Source: the human T2T-CHM13v2.0 reference genome, Homo sapiens
Reading direction: 5' to 3' (one strand)
DNA length: 64,000 bases
NCBI RefSeq assembly: GCF_009914755.1
Contig: NC_060935.1
Shown here: in pieces, positions 29,278 to 48,500 of the stretch
Numbering within the stretch: position 1 is the stretch's first letter
Layout: every line of letters starts with the position of its first letter
The notes under the pieces: model-generated
Database searches by the model: none
What the model was told of the DNA's origin: nothing
Seen by the model: only the letters and a program-made list of their open reading frames with translations
Position numbers and translations under genes: made by a program

Positions 29278-30668
29278 TGAAAATCGATCTTTATGTATCA
29301 CCAAGTAACTTTTCCATAAGTAGTATCCACAAATACAAAATCACTGAATATAAATTTTCAGCTGTATTTTCTGATCTGGTTACATAAATGTTCTTTGATT
29401 TAAATTAAGCCAAAGTTGGAGCTAAACAGATTTTCTGCAACCATTTCATCTTTAAGATGAAGTTAAAGATTTGCATTTGAAATCTCCCATTATTGAATTG
29501 GAAGTAGCAGTTCCAGTTAATGTCCAGCATCCTCTGAATGCCAATGGTCTTTGAGTAAACATATGAACCTTCATCGCTTTTAGTTGTTTAAGACACCACT
29601 TCACATGATCAGTAAGTAACAACAACAACCTCTTGGTAAATGCACATGAATGCAAATTCCTGTTTTATATATTTGGGTAGAAGGATAGAACATATTGAAA
29701 ATAACAGATAAGTATTTACAAATTCTCACCTTATTTTTCCCCTTTACATTCAATGGCTAAGTGTGGGGATTCATCTGTAAATGCTCCCAGAAATGGCACA
29801 AAATTGTGCTATAATGGAACCAAACAACCACAGTGTTTGTTTGGGGTTTTGATTTTTCTCCAATAAAAGGTACTTATTTAGACAGTAAAATTTTTTAGTG
29901 ACAATAAAAATTTATAACATAAAGAGCTTTTGTGTGTCCACATTAGCCACAAACTAAATAGGGCAAGTACTTTATGTCTGTGTGTACACATTTACACACA
30001 CGCACACACACAAAACTGGACCATGTTTCCAGGGTTCAGTGGAGGAAAAACTTTTTTCATTGTTAAGTGTAATGTTTTCAAATAGATGAATCAGAAAATT
30101 TTACATAGATGTAAGACCATTTTGTATGAACGGTATCAATCATGTGCATTGAGGGATAAGTAGGGTAAATGGTGTTTAAACAGCATTCTAAAGAAAGGAT
30201 TAAAGCATTCTAAAGGCCCATGGGCTACTTTTTCCCAAATTTCAGAGCTGGGAGTCCCCAGCAGGGGATCCACAGAGCAGGCAAGAAGGAACCTGAAATA
30301 AACTTCAGAGGAAAAACCGCATGGGGAGTAACGTGGGTCAGCCCCTGTCCGCTGGGACCCATTTTCAGGCAGACACTACATGGCAATGACATCATCACAA
30401 GAGTTAGTTATATCCAAGAAAGCAGTTTATAAAACAAGCACCAAACAACTGGGCATAATTTTCCTCATTATCTACAGCCTTTACCCTGAACAATGGAGTT
30501 TAATCACCAAAAAAATTAGATACTAGGGCTCCAGATGATAGGATGGCCCAAGTTATTTAACGTTTTCTTGTTTAAAAGGTGGGCCCATTGGCACTTAAGA
30601 AAATAAATCAGAAAATAATATGGCTTCAAGTGGACAAATAAATATGAATTTCTAAGGAAGTCTTCGCA
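29278..30668 (-). other. TRPC6: TRPC6 3'UTR (3' end approximate)
   Basis: AT-rich sequence without recognisable TEs after the stop; several ATTTA motifs. End inferred from the variant signal CATAAA at 29295-29290 followed by CA and a T/GT-rich tract. Confidence 0.7.
29290..29295 (-). terminator. Candidate non-canonical polyadenylation signal CATAAA
   Basis: No minus-strand AATAAA seen in the UTR; TGTA motifs upstream and TATTTTGTG downstream. ATTAAA at 29207-29202 is an alternative. Confidence 0.5.
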
Positions 30669-30845
<177 letters not shown>

Positions 30846-31214
30846 TCAACTATAAATACGCAATGCGGAAAAACTAGTGACTGTGGGACAGGAGGAAATC
30901 AGCTCTAATTTCACACACAATTTTATTTTGAATCCTTTGAAAGGAAATAACTTCCTAATTGAGCAGGTTTTTGTTTTCTTAGCTAAGTGTTTTTGTGAAT
31001 GAAGAGATTATAGCAGAATGATAACAAAAGCCCTCCTAAAGTAAGTTAAAACAAAAAGGTGGTGAATGATTCAGGGGTTGAGGCAGCAGCCCCTTCCTTG
31101 CCTTTCCCACCCACTTCCTCCTCCCTCCAAGTCCACCATAAGAATGAGAGCTTTTTATCTAGCAAGTGGCACCTGTCCCCGCCTGTGGAGACATAGCCTG
31201 TTCCCCACTCTTTA

Positions 31215-31439
<225 letters not shown>

Positions 31440-32731
31440 CTAGAAAACAGAGAAAGGAGAAATCTATGTCAGTTTCAGGTTCATGACAAATCTCTCATTT
31501 GGAACAAGTTTCAGAGTCTTCCTCCCTGTAGTGAGCCCTTTGGAAGTGATGGCTGTCAAGGACTAAGATGATTCAGCCAGGATGCAGGCGATCTCTACAT
31601 TTTGCTTTCCTTTTTAAAGCAGTTTTCACATCACCTAGGCTAATGACTCAAAAGTGAGTTCTTAGAAAAGAATGTTTAGAGCAAGTATGAAATCCTTTAT
31701 GTCCATTGCTTGTATTTTATTTGAAAAGTATTAGAGTAAGACAGTCTTTCAGTGGGGTAGGTAAAAGATGTACACTACTGCTCGTGGAAATGGGAAATTA
31801 AGCTAATGTCTGCTCATTTAAGCCCCACGTCTGACCCACCAAAAAATGGAACCAATTTTTATTTTAAACTTTCTATTAATTTAGGAATGCTAGTTTCAAT
31901 GTAATATATTTTTCAAGTACCTGGGCTTCTATCATGCAAACATTGCTTTTATTATATATTTTTCATAAAAAGAAGGAGTCTTAGTGGGTGCTCAGAAAGT
32001 CTTGATGGATATAGAACTAAATAAAATTTTACACCTAAGCCAAGGTTAAATGGTAGATAGTAAAACTCTACCTTCAAGAATCTATTCTAAAGATATGATT
32101 TAGTACATTAACAAGTATGTTCATAGAACTAGTTATATAATAGACAAAAATGAAACTTTAAATGTTCATCAGTAAGGAATTATTTTTAGTAAATTATATA
32201 TTTGTATGAAGGAATATGATACATTCACTGAAATTAATAGGAATATATATTTTGTGGAGAGAAAATCACAAGCTAAAAACTATTACTCATTATATAAGTA
32301 TTAGCTGATTTATATAGTATTATATATGCATTTTATAATAATATTAAAATATATGTAAAATTATGCACATATAGGCATATAATCATCTGGCAGAATTTTC
32401 ACCAAAAGCAAGCAGACTTTGTTTCTCACTGGTGGAATCTGACATGAATTTTACTGTCGTCTTTATGTTTTTTGTAAGGTTTGCCTTTTCAATGAACACT
32501 CTCTTTTTTAATGGAGACTTTCAGATCTGTGATTCCAATACTTTATTTTTTTTAACTTATATATCTCTGTCACTTACAAAATGCCTGGTACATGGTAATT
32601 AATAAATATTTATTGAATTAATGCATTATTTGATATTGAGAAAAATATCCTGATACTTTAAAGAATCACATAGTTCAAGAACCTAAATATTACAAGTAAC
32701 TAGTTTTATTCCTTTAAAAATCCATGCTTAC

Positions 32732-32815
32732 CTGATATTGTCTTGGAGGATTATTGAAACTATTTAGATGGAAATCTTCTGAGCTCCTTATACTTGGTTG
32801 TTTATTGTGCCCAAC
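32732..32815 (-). CDS. TRPC6: TRPC6 coding exon (exon 11), 84 nt
   Basis: cag|GTT GGG ... TAT CAG|gtaagc. Encodes [28 protein letters not shown]. Confidence 0.93.
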
Positions 32816-34249
32816 CTGTAATTTGAAAAGATTTAGAAATGGATTCCTACTTACATTTTCTTTTAAATAAAGTAGTGAGATTAGTTATCTAATGAACTAA
32901 TAGTCTTACATACACAAATTATCTATATGTATAGTGCCATTTATCTTGCTTAGTATTCTGTCTTCCAAGACAAATCAGTGACATTTTAGGTGTGTTCAGT
33001 TTGTTAATGGCTGTTTGTTAGAGGTTGTCTGAGGAGTCTCTTAGACTTTGTGGCTGCCAATCACGTTGTCATGAGAATCACGCGTTAACCTTCTCACAGA
33101 TGAATGCATGGTAGAGAAAGAGTCAAACAAATTGAGGAAATAATGGTGGTGATCTCAGAAGTCCATTGATGGGGGATCAACAGTGCCACCTGATTAACTA
33201 AGACATCCACACCTGAAGCAGGGTCTGATGTGGATCCTGCAGAAACACCAGGGTAAGACTGTGGTGGAGCAGAATTCAGTTTCAAAAAAAGCTCTAATTA
33301 ATGTTTGAATTTTAGGTACTGTATACTATCCCATTTGGGCAGCACTTTTCAAATTAAAATACATTAACCCAAATAGGCAAATAACAAAAAATTAAAGCAA
33401 TCTGCAATAAAGCATACCTTATTAACATGCTAAGAGGATGATTTAAAACCTCTTTAATGCATTTTCTGAATTAAAATCCTTGCATTCACTTCAGTGCTTT
33501 GCTTTGATACTTTAAATAGCCACATACTGAATTAAAACAGCTACTCAGACATTCATCTATATATTCAAGTATATATTGAGGGTCCTCAAAATGTAAGGTG
33601 CTGTGCTAGGCTCTGTGTATAAATGAACATAAGCAATTATGGTATAGCTGAGTTATGGTAACAGCTCAATTATGAAAAATATGGCAAGATTGATAAGATT
33701 AATAATAAACAATATATAAATTTGAAAATAGCATCATTTTTCATGTATCTATTATTTCCTTTTTCTTTTACTCACTCTAAAAATTTTAGTGTCCATATAA
33801 TTTTACTTATACTGAATTTTAAAACCACTCTGATAAATTACATAATTCATCAAATTAACCAAAGAGAGGCAGTTTAGGTTCCCAAAACGAGCACTTGAAG
33901 GGAACCTCAAGGATAAATACCATCTGGCTTTGCCACAAGCTAGCCATGGAACAGAGGCAAGATGCTTCAACTTTCTATAACCTTGTCTGACAATGAAGGA
34001 AGTGGTCTACCTAGTTTCTATCATTCAAGCCCCACTAATTTATGAATTTGTGAAATGCATAAAAACTTCCACATAACATCTTAAATAATATAATGGGAAC
34101 CCTGGCTTTGAAACTATGATTTATGCCTTAAGAACATCATAAAAGGTGAAGACCAGTGTGAAGCTCCCACTAAGCCCATTATGATAAAGCATGCAGGTAA
34201 GGGCAGGCTCATAACCATCATGTCTCTGATTTATTTACCATCTATTCAT

Positions 34250-34470
34250 TAACTCACCATTGACATTTTGGGCTAGATAATTCTTTGGTGTAGGTGGTCT
34301 CCTGTGCATTATGGAATGCTTAGCAGCACCCCTGGCCTCTAATCTACAGACTAGATGCCAGTCACAGCTCCCACCACCCCCTATTGTGCCAACCAAACAT
34401 ATCTGTAGGTATTATCAAAGGCACCAGATTAGGAGTGGAGGGCACAATCACCCCTGGGTGAGAATCACTG
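34250..34470. mobile_element. MER20 hAT-Charlie element
   Basis: attgacattttgggctagataattcttt..cctgtgcatt..agcagcacccctggcctcta..ctagatgccagt..tgagaatcactg. Confidence 0.85.
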
Positions 34471-35319
34471 GTATAGTTAAATGGCATAAAACTAAATATA
34501 AACTCACATGAAGCATTTTTATGGGTCTAGTTTTTTTCTAAGTATTAAATACCAAGTTTTGGATGCATATATAACATATTTTATTTTCAGAAAAAAATTC
34601 TAGTCAGTTTCTAATACATCATAGAAATTCAGTAAATATTTCATAAAAAACTTAATGATACAGAGAAGAGTAAACCTATCCAATGGTGCAAGGAAGTATT
34701 ATTACCACTTGGTGGCAGAAAATCCTAATATATAATTGTTTCCATGTACAATTATTTAATGTCTGGAAATCCAAGTCTGCAACACGTTTGTACATAAAAG
34801 AAAATTCAATTTGAAAATTGAATAGTATTTAAAGCTTAGGGATTTGGGTATTTATAGATGGTGCCAACATGTATACTGTCATAGAGGTTGGAAGTGGGAA
34901 GCTTGTTGACTACAAGCAAGAAGGACTGGATGCAAGCTTTGTTCCTAATATGGAAATAAACACTCTCTCCAATTCTGAATGAACCACTGCCTGCCCCCTT
35001 TGTTAATACCTTCTACCACATTTTATGCATTCTTTATTCATTTTCTTTTTCATTTCCTAATAATTAGTTTGATATTAACATTTCTCATCTTGTAGGTTCA
35101 TTTTAGGATTAGAGTGAGCAATACTAATAACTTGTTTCTAATTCGTTAAAAAGAACAAGTAATTTTAAGTCTTTAAAGTTTCTTATATTGCTGGATACAG
35201 GAACAGTTCATGGAGTCACCTATTTCCCACAAGCAGTAAATGTCCTGCAGCTGGGAACAGAGCAATGAACTGAAAAGGTATGGACAATATATTCAGTCAG
35301 CAGTGAATGCAGATATGAA

Positions 35320-35530
35320 ATGAAGCTGTGTTATACAGTGCTTATAAACATATTGCTCTGAATCAAGTGGATGTTGGTTCAAATTCAGGCTCTGTCACTT
35401 GTTTGAAATGGGACTTGAGGCAAATCATTTCACCTCTATATCCTTGGGATCCTCAGATACAGAATAGGGAAAATAATATTACCTACCTTCCAGAGCTATT
35501 GCAAGAATTAAAGAGATGGGGTATAGAGAA
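35320..35530. mobile_element. MIR
   Basis: ggttcaaattcaggctctgtcactt..acttgaggcaaatcatttcacctct. Confidence 0.7.
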
Positions 35531-35643
35531 TATATAGTTTGAAATACACTGGACATTCTATAATTGTCAAGAGCTATTATTTTACAGAAAGATAAATATC
35601 TACTATGTGGCTTTAGGTCTATTTCATGGTTAACTTTAATCTA

Positions 35644-35961
35644 CACATACCCCTTTACTTATGATGGGGTTACGTCATGATAAATCCATTGTAAGTAAGT
35701 TGAAAATGCACTTAATACACCTAACTACTGAACATCATAACTTAGCCTAGCTGACCTTAACCATACTCAGAACACTTTCCTTAGCTTACAGTTGGGCAAA
35801 AGCATCTAGCACAAAACCTATTTTATATTAAAGTTATTATACAAAATTTGAATCAACATTCAAACTTTGAAGTACAGTTTCTACTGAACACATATTGCTT
35901 TCACACCATCATAAAGGTGAAAAATCATGAAGTTGAACTCCGGTAAGTCTGGGACTGTCTG
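35644..35961. mobile_element. Tigger-derived MITE (MER47-like)
   Basis: TA flanks; acttatgatggggttac..cttagcctag..acagttgggcaaaa..gtaagtctgggactgtctg. Confidence 0.8.
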
Positions 35962-36266
35962 TAGTCAATTCATCCTAGAGATATTTTGCCAAATATTACT
36001 TTTTACTGATGTGCCCAAGTCCATGACTAAGTCCTTCAGGGAATGAAATAGTCAGTGATTCACGCATTCAGATGAGCATTATAACCTCCTAAGCTCTACC
36101 CTACATGGTTTAAAAACCTGCCCTAAGACGACAACTGGAATGTGATCTGTTCAGAAGGTGGAACAGGGCAGTTATTCAAGAAGTTATCTGGCATTTTGAG
36201 GTTTACACATGTAATAGACTATGGAAGAGATCAACTTTTAATTTATGCTATCCTTTCAGACTGTAC

Positions 36267-36440
36267 ATCTGAACAGCTAATGCTAGCAACCACCAAACTC
36301 AGTGACCTTTAGAGTTAAAGGATATGACTGAAGATAATGAATAGGTCTGCTTATTATCTGAAAAGCTAATGCTAGCAACCACCAGTCAGTGACCTTTAGA
36401 GTTAAAGGATACGGTCAGAGATAATGAATAAGTATGCTTA
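36267..36440. repeat. Diverged tandem duplication, ~88-bp unit x2
   Basis: atctgaa.agctaatgctagcaaccacca..tcagtgacctttagagttaaaggata...agataatgaata.gt.tgctta occurs twice. Confidence 0.93.
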
Positions 36441-37569
36441 CCTTGTTTCAAAATGTATTTTTATATATGGTTCATCCTACTGACATCTATGGTGCACCTG
36501 GAGCAGATGTGAAGGCAGTGTTTGTGCAGCTAACTAAATACTTTAAAATTCAAGAGGTCAGAGAGAGAAGACCTGAGTGAATCAGAAATTCACTTACCAT
36601 CTTAGATATAGATGTTATGAAAAAGATTAAGCATAAGCCATATGAGTTGGGTAGGAAAGAATGAACCATGAGAGTTTTTCTTAGTATGCATACACTAGGG
36701 CCAAACCATCTCATTAGCAATGGGCAAAAATTATTTGAAATATAAATGATTGCCTTAAAAAATCTTCTCAGGAATACAGTTTAATGTATGTCGTAAAACC
36801 AAGCCATGTGAAATGTGTCTCAAGTTTTGTTCACCACAAGCTCATATGGCAGGGGAAAAGAGATACTTGTGTTGATTTAAGCCTCCAAGAATCAAATGCC
36901 AAGACTGAGTTGGAAGTATGAGATGTACCCAGGATTATACCTATGAGAGATAAAGGGAAGTGGAACGGGAGAAGGCGGAGAAATCCTCTCCACTGTGAGG
37001 CTCTGCTCACCTGTGAAAGGGGGAGAGGTAAGACGATTGTCTGGGAAAGTCAGTCAGCCCAACAGGGAACGGCACATCTCTGTAGCTGCCAGAAGACACA
37101 CTTACACAAAAGGCTCTCTAGATTGTTAAACTGACAGTGGAATCAACATTTTATTCCAGACTTCACAACTGAGGTCAGACATCACAGGTTTAGTATTTCT
37201 AAAATACTAAACAGTTTGTTTTAAGCTATGATTAAAATATGTGTTATTGAAAAGTGTAACTCTCATTTACAATATATAATATACATTTTGCTGATGGTTA
37301 AATTTTAATTTTCCACATTTTTAGAGAAGCTACAGGGAAAATAAAATTATTTCATTTGATAGATACCATATTTTCTATCATAAAGAAAAGGCATTTTGAT
37401 TTTATTTTAATTTTTCTCTTATCTGTCCAGTGACTTATTATACATCCTTCATGCTTTCAGGATGAGTATTTTCTTACTGGAAAAATATAAGAGCCAATTA
37501 CACTGACCTATCTTTGCAAAAAATTTATTGAGATTTTTAAAACCAAATAACAACAAGAGCCATTTCTTT

Positions 37570-37790
37570 ATAATATGAGTATATTACATTTGCGTAGTGT
37601 TTACGATTTTCAAAGTACCAATTTAATCTTTCCAATATGCTTGTGTGATGGGTTGTACAACTTGATTATTTCTGTTTTATAGATGAGGAAACTAAGGTTC
37701 AGAGAAGTTAAATGAATTGCTGAAGGGGCAGAGATGTACACTTATTATAAGATCTCAATCTTCTGAGTACTTAGTTCAATACTGTTACTC
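37570..37790. mobile_element. MIR
   Basis: ttttatagatgaggaaactaaggttcagagaagttaaatgaattgc core. Confidence 0.8.
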
Positions 37791-37934
37791 TATCAATTTC
37801 CAAAGTGCAGTTTTGATAAGGAAGGAAAAGCAGTGAATATAAAATATTGATCAAACATGGTGAATTTTATATCTTCATATTAATCCATTATATATGTTAT
37901 ACGTAGTCAACTGTATATTATATGAAGTCAGTAC

Positions 37935-38267
37935 ATGTACCCCTTGGTATCCATGGGGGATTGGTTCCAAGACCCTCCTTCTGAGCACACCAAAATCCAC
38001 TGATGCCCAGACCCCTTATAAAAAATGGTGTACTATTTCCATATAACTTACTTACTCATAGCCACTGGTATAACTTAAATCATCTCTAGTACTTACAATG
38101 CTCGATATAATTTTATGTAACTGATAAATATTGTTATACTCTACTGTTTTTTAAATTTGTATTATTCTTATGATCATATTATTTTTGATGTTTTTATTTA
38201 ATATTTTTGACCTGTAGTTGGTTGAATCTGTGAATGCAGAACATATGGACATGGAGGGTGGACTGTG
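37935..38267. mobile_element. MER2 (Tigger MITE)
   Basis: cccttggtatccatgggggattggttcca..accaaaatcca..gttggttgaatc..gatgcagaac-like end. Confidence 0.85.
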
Positions 38268-38419
38268 TATGTGTGTGATATTTAATTGAAATGCCCTTTG
38301 CAAAACTGTAAAACAATTTTGTCATATCACACATTTTGTAGATCATAAATGGGAGTTAGGTGGAAAGGAAAAGAGCCATAACCATCTCCTTGGAATATTC
38401 AATTAAGAATCAGAAGTCT

Positions 38420-38527
38420 GCATTGTGAATGCACTTAATGCTCCTGAACTATATGCTTAAAAATGGTTAAAATGGTAAATTTTATGCTATATATATTTTA
38501 TAACAATGAAAATAAATATAAAAAAGA
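38420..38527 (+). mobile_element. Short L1M 3'-end fragment
   Basis: tgtgaatgcacttaatg..ctgaact..cttaaaaatggttaaaatggtaaattttatg plus A-rich tail. Confidence 0.7.
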
Positions 38528-38996
38528 AGTCAGTTGCCTGTATATGTCAACCCCAAGGGTTGCTATGAATATTTAGGTTTTGGAGAGGGACACTGTTATT
38601 CTTGAGACTAATAATTCATAACCTCTTATCCGTAAGAAAACATAATGGGCCATATTGTCAATTATAACACAACAATAACATTACTAGCTGAAATGTCACC
38701 CCTTTCTTTTTCCTTTAAGCATTTCAATATTTAAAATACATAGAGTGAAGTTAAACTGGTAAGATAGACTTAATTATATAGTGCTTGGTACACATGTTAA
38801 AAATGATTGGGACCACACAATATGTCACCAGGAATGACTGAATTCTTTTCTGAATATATCCACTAACTAGGGAAGGCTTTGAGAAATTAAATCATTTCAC
38901 CTTACTCCAGTTTTCTTATGTGATATGTGCAGATAATTTACTTCACACAAACAAAAGAATTTACTAAAATGTCCTAGCAAATTATAAAATTGTTTG

Positions 38997-39308
38997 GGCC
39001 AGGCACGGTGGCTGATGCCTGTAATCCCAGCACTTTGGGAGGCTGAGGTAGGTGGATCACTTGAGTCCAGGAGTTTGAGTTCAACACTAGCCTGGGCAAC
39101 ATGGCGAAACCCCATCTCTACAGAAAATACTAAAAATTAGCCAGGCGTGGTGGTGCTCACCTGCACTCCCAGCTATTTGGGAGGTTGAGGTGGGAGGATC
39201 ACCTGAGCCTGGGAGGTCCAGGCTGCAGCAAGCCATGATGGCACCAGTGCACTCCAGCCTGGGTGATAGAGACCCTGTCTCAAAAACTAAAATGAAATAA
39301 AAATAAAA
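38997..39308 (+). mobile_element. AluJ
   Basis: AluJ-type diagnostics (gatcacttgagtccaggagtt, gggaggatcacctgagcctgggagg); decayed tail. Confidence 0.92.
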
Positions 39309-39722
39309 CGTTTTGAGTTGAATACCTTTTGGAGGTAAGCTATTTCATATTCTTTCAGTAACATTTTCCCCTTTATCTTTCTGTCTGTACACCTTTCCTT
39401 CTGTACATTCACGCATTCTTTCTTTCCACAGACATTTGCAGGTACCAAAACTATAGAAGTATTAAGGATCAGAGTTAAACTAAGACATGGGCTCTATCTT
39501 CCAGAACCCACACCTTCATCAGTTAGTTTGCCTCTTCCTGGTCTGGGAGATTGGTTAACACACCATGACCAACATGATTTCACCAAGGAAGAGGAATGGG
39601 AGGAAGAAACGGGCATGTGAGTAGCAAAATATACTTCCTACCATGTTCCTTGCTAGGTATGTTATTTCATTAATTTAATGACCCTTTGAGGCTGTAGTAA
39701 TGACAAGTGAGGAAACTCACTT

Positions 39723-44880
<5,158 letters not shown>

Positions 44881-45371
44881 ATCCTGTTTTTGTTTCTTCC
44901 ACTCACTACTTCATTTATTTCAAGTTATTTTTTTCTAGATATGCCCATTTATGATTTTTAACTGGACCCCTTCTTTATTTTTTGCATTCTTTTTATAGGG
45001 CTTTTAGGCCTAGTATTATTTCTCTGTCCTCACTGGATTAATATCACTACCAAATTATGTAGTATACTTACTCTTCCTGCTCTCTAGTAATAGCAATAAA
45101 AATAATAAATAGCTATTACATACCCACTATGTGCCAGGCCCTGTTGTCAGAACTTTATAGTATTAAGTAATTTAATATTCAAAAGAACATTTGGATGTTG
45201 GTGTGATTACTGCCTACATCCTGTGAACAAGTAAAGAGTCTTAATGAGACAACATTTTAAGTACAACACACACAGGCATGCATTAGAATGGCAGAAATTG
45301 CTCACAAAATATTTGAACTTAATTCCGTGTTTCCTATGTATTCTATTCATGATAACCATCATTATGAGAAC

Positions 45372-45572
45372 ATGGGTGGTAGGCTTCTTCTGTAAAGAGC
45401 CAGATAATAAATATTTTAGGACTTGTGGGCCACATATGGTCTCTCTCACATATCCTTATTTTTTTCACAACAACTATTTAGAAATGTAATTTTTTTTAAA
45501 TATCTAACTCTCAGTCTGAAAACAGGCTGAAGACTAAATGTGGCCTGAGGGCTATGGCTTGTTGACCCCCAT
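45372..45572. mobile_element. MER58-like hAT MITE within MIR-like sequence
   Basis: ttctgtaaagagccagataataaatattttagg..gtgggccacat..ttgttgacccc. Confidence 0.75.
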
Positions 45573-46059
45573 ACACTAGCCTCCTAACCACTGAACTATC
45601 CTTTCTAGAGTGAAATGACTTTGTAGCTCTGTTAAATACCTTATTTTCCATTTCTTAAATTTCCTTTATTGGAATCATTTTTAAATGCAATCTAGATTCA
45701 CCTGGATAGGCAAGCCAAACAAAACTTGTCTGAACAGCAAGAATGTGCCAATTTGCAATGACCCTAATCTGCTGACTCTCTTGGATGACCAGGGACGATT
45801 TCCACTTGCCTTCTTGCTGTCTTACTCTCAGCCCATGCGGCCCCATTGCTGTGGCAGGGCTCACAGAATTCATGCACAGGTCTCTCATCCACATGTTACC
45901 TCCCACTGCAGCCCTTCTCACCTGTAATATTGTTTTTTGGAATTTCTTCCCAATCAAAATTCCTAATCTTAACTAGGGCTAATGGCTTAGGGTTCCCCTT
46001 ACCTAAAGCTCTCCTTTGTTTTCTGATTTGTAATGGGCGATGGTTGACATGCTAGTGGA

Positions 46060-46540
46060 AGGGATGGTTAGAAAGGAAGCTGGGAGGTTGGATATCAGAT
46101 AGGCCTTAAGAGGATTCCTATGTTGTTGGGGGAGGTAACATAACCAGCTTAACAAAAAAATGGTCTCCCTCCTTGTCATTTGTATTCCATGGGATAGCCA
46201 TATATCATAGTTCTGGTCAATGAGATATAACAACAGAAATTGTTGGGAGATTCTTCTAAAGGTGGTGGCAGATTCAGCTAGCATCCCCGACTTTTCCTTT
46301 GCCCTTACTCCTACATGCCTGAAAAGTGGGTATAATAGCTGAAAGTAAAGCTGTCCTCTTGAATCTGACTATGACAAAAAATCCAGGAGAATCACAGAAA
46401 CTCCTGCCTGGTAACAGCCCCATACTGCATAAATCTGGGGAGTTAAATGAGACAGGGGAAAAGCAAATGTCTTGTTTAAACCACCATGATTTGGATTTTA
46501 TATTACTATGTGTAATTGGATGCAGGTCTTACCTGATACA
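46060..46540 (+). mobile_element. Old MLT1-type MaLR LTR
   Basis: agttctggtcaatgagatataa..agaaat..tcttgtttaaaccac..cctgataca. Confidence 0.55.
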
Positions 46541-47119
46541 TTGCCCTTTTCCTAATCATTCCTTTATCATTTCTTTTCAGCAACAAGCATTTATTGTGGC
46601 CCTACTATGTACAGGCCACAAAAAAGGAAACATCCTCATCGTTGAGGATTTTGCTACTCTCAGTGAAGGAGCTGATAGATCTCTAGAGTACATTGTTCAT
46701 TATACACGGTGTCGACCACAATAGCCATTAAGGTCCCACAGTGCCTTTTTCCATCGCTTCTTGATTATTGACAAATTAGGAGGCACTGGGGACCATGCCT
46801 GCTCTCTACCTGAGCTGCAAAGAGTGAAGTTAATCATACCCTCCATCAGGTTCCTGACAGAATATTCCCTTCTTTATATCACCAGTCTTCTATTCCATCA
46901 CCATAAGTATATATATGTGCTTAGTATATGTCTTAAATGTACATGCTATTCTTTTTTGCTTATCAAACATAGCTTATTTCTACCTCTCAATAACAGAATT
47001 GTTGAGATTTGTTAAAATAGTTGAATTATTTAATGGGTCTGTTCTCTACTTGCTAAAATTGCTTCTGAACATCTGTCCCTTTCTTTGAAAAGATAAGCCC
47101 GATCATGTGCATGACTTCA

Positions 47120-47218
<99 letters not shown>

Positions 47219-47749
47219 TTAAAGATAGATAGTAAAATGAGTATAACTGCATAACCAATTTCACTCTTCATTCTGTATTTTAAAAGCCATTTCGTCTAAT
47301 TCTCCAACAAGTTTTAATGAGAGAAACATATTCTTACGGGGTTCTTCCCTTTGCAAGTGCTTGCTTAGACATTTCCTTTGGACTCTGAATTCCCTCAGGT
47401 TGCAGTTCTAACCAGACCTGTAAACCACCCATTTAATTAAGTAAAATAAAGGAAGGGAAATTTTTGCCACTCAATCCACTGAGTTCTGTAAGTTATACTT
47501 CTGGAAGAATATCATAGATTGTATTTTTTCCAAAATTCCTACACAAATTAATCATAATCACATTTAAAGAAAGCTTTAAAATTCTCAAAGTACTTTTATA
47601 TACTTATTTGAGTTGATCTTCAGGATGTAGATATAATTTTTTTCACATATTACAGTTGAGGAAACTAGAACTCAGAGAATGTGCTACTTACTTGAGCACC
47701 CTAAATAGTAAATGGGAAACAGTGCAGGAATTACAACATTTTCCTTTTA

Positions 47750-48500
47750 TTTAATGATAGAATCTTATTGCAAGGAAACTTTATAATCATTTGGCCCAAT
47801 TGCCCACTCAGTGTAAGAAGGAAAAATCTTCAATACATTCCCACTGTCAGCCATCTGGCATTTATTGACTTCTTACAATGGTGGGAGGCTCACTACTTCT
47901 AAAGGCAGCCCATTCTTCTGTTGGGCAGATTTTCTTATTAAAAGTTTGCTCTTATATCGAATTAAAATTTAACAATTTGAATTTTTGGCCCATTGCTTTT
48001 CTTCCCATTTTTGAAAAACAAGTGTACTTCCTAATTAAAGATGGAAATTACAAAGATATTTTTAGTCACTTTCAATCTTCCTTTTTCAGAAGAAACAGCC
48101 AGCTCCTTCAGTCCTCCCTCATATGACACTTTATCCATATGTGTTCCATTCTGGTCCTCCTCCTCTGGATACACCTGGTATCTCAGTGCTCCTTCTGAGT
48201 ACAGAGGTCTAAATGCTCAGCAGAGATCTTTGCATAGCATAAGCCCTCACCTTCCACCTCCAGTGAGACACAAATTCCACATGTTCTCTAAACATATCTG
48301 AACATGCTGTGATCGCCCTACTGCCTCATCTAAGCACTAAATCTTTTTATTTTTTTTAAAGATTGCATCACCTTGTGGGATTACTGTTTTCAATCAATGT
48401 CCTTAGCTCTTTCTTTCTTGAACTACTTATTGCCAAGCCTGGTCTCCCAAATTCTATGTGAGCAACTGATTTCTGAACTTTTCAATGTAGAAGCTATCTA
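47750..48500 (-). mobile_element. L3/CR1-like fragment
   Basis: gggaggctcactacttctaaaggcagcccattc..aaagtttgctcttatatcgaa resembles the L3 3' region. Confidence 0.6.

Noticed and set aside
36267-36440. CRISPR-like or other prokaryotic repeat system
   Set aside because: Only two adjacent units, no spacers, in clearly mammalian DNA.
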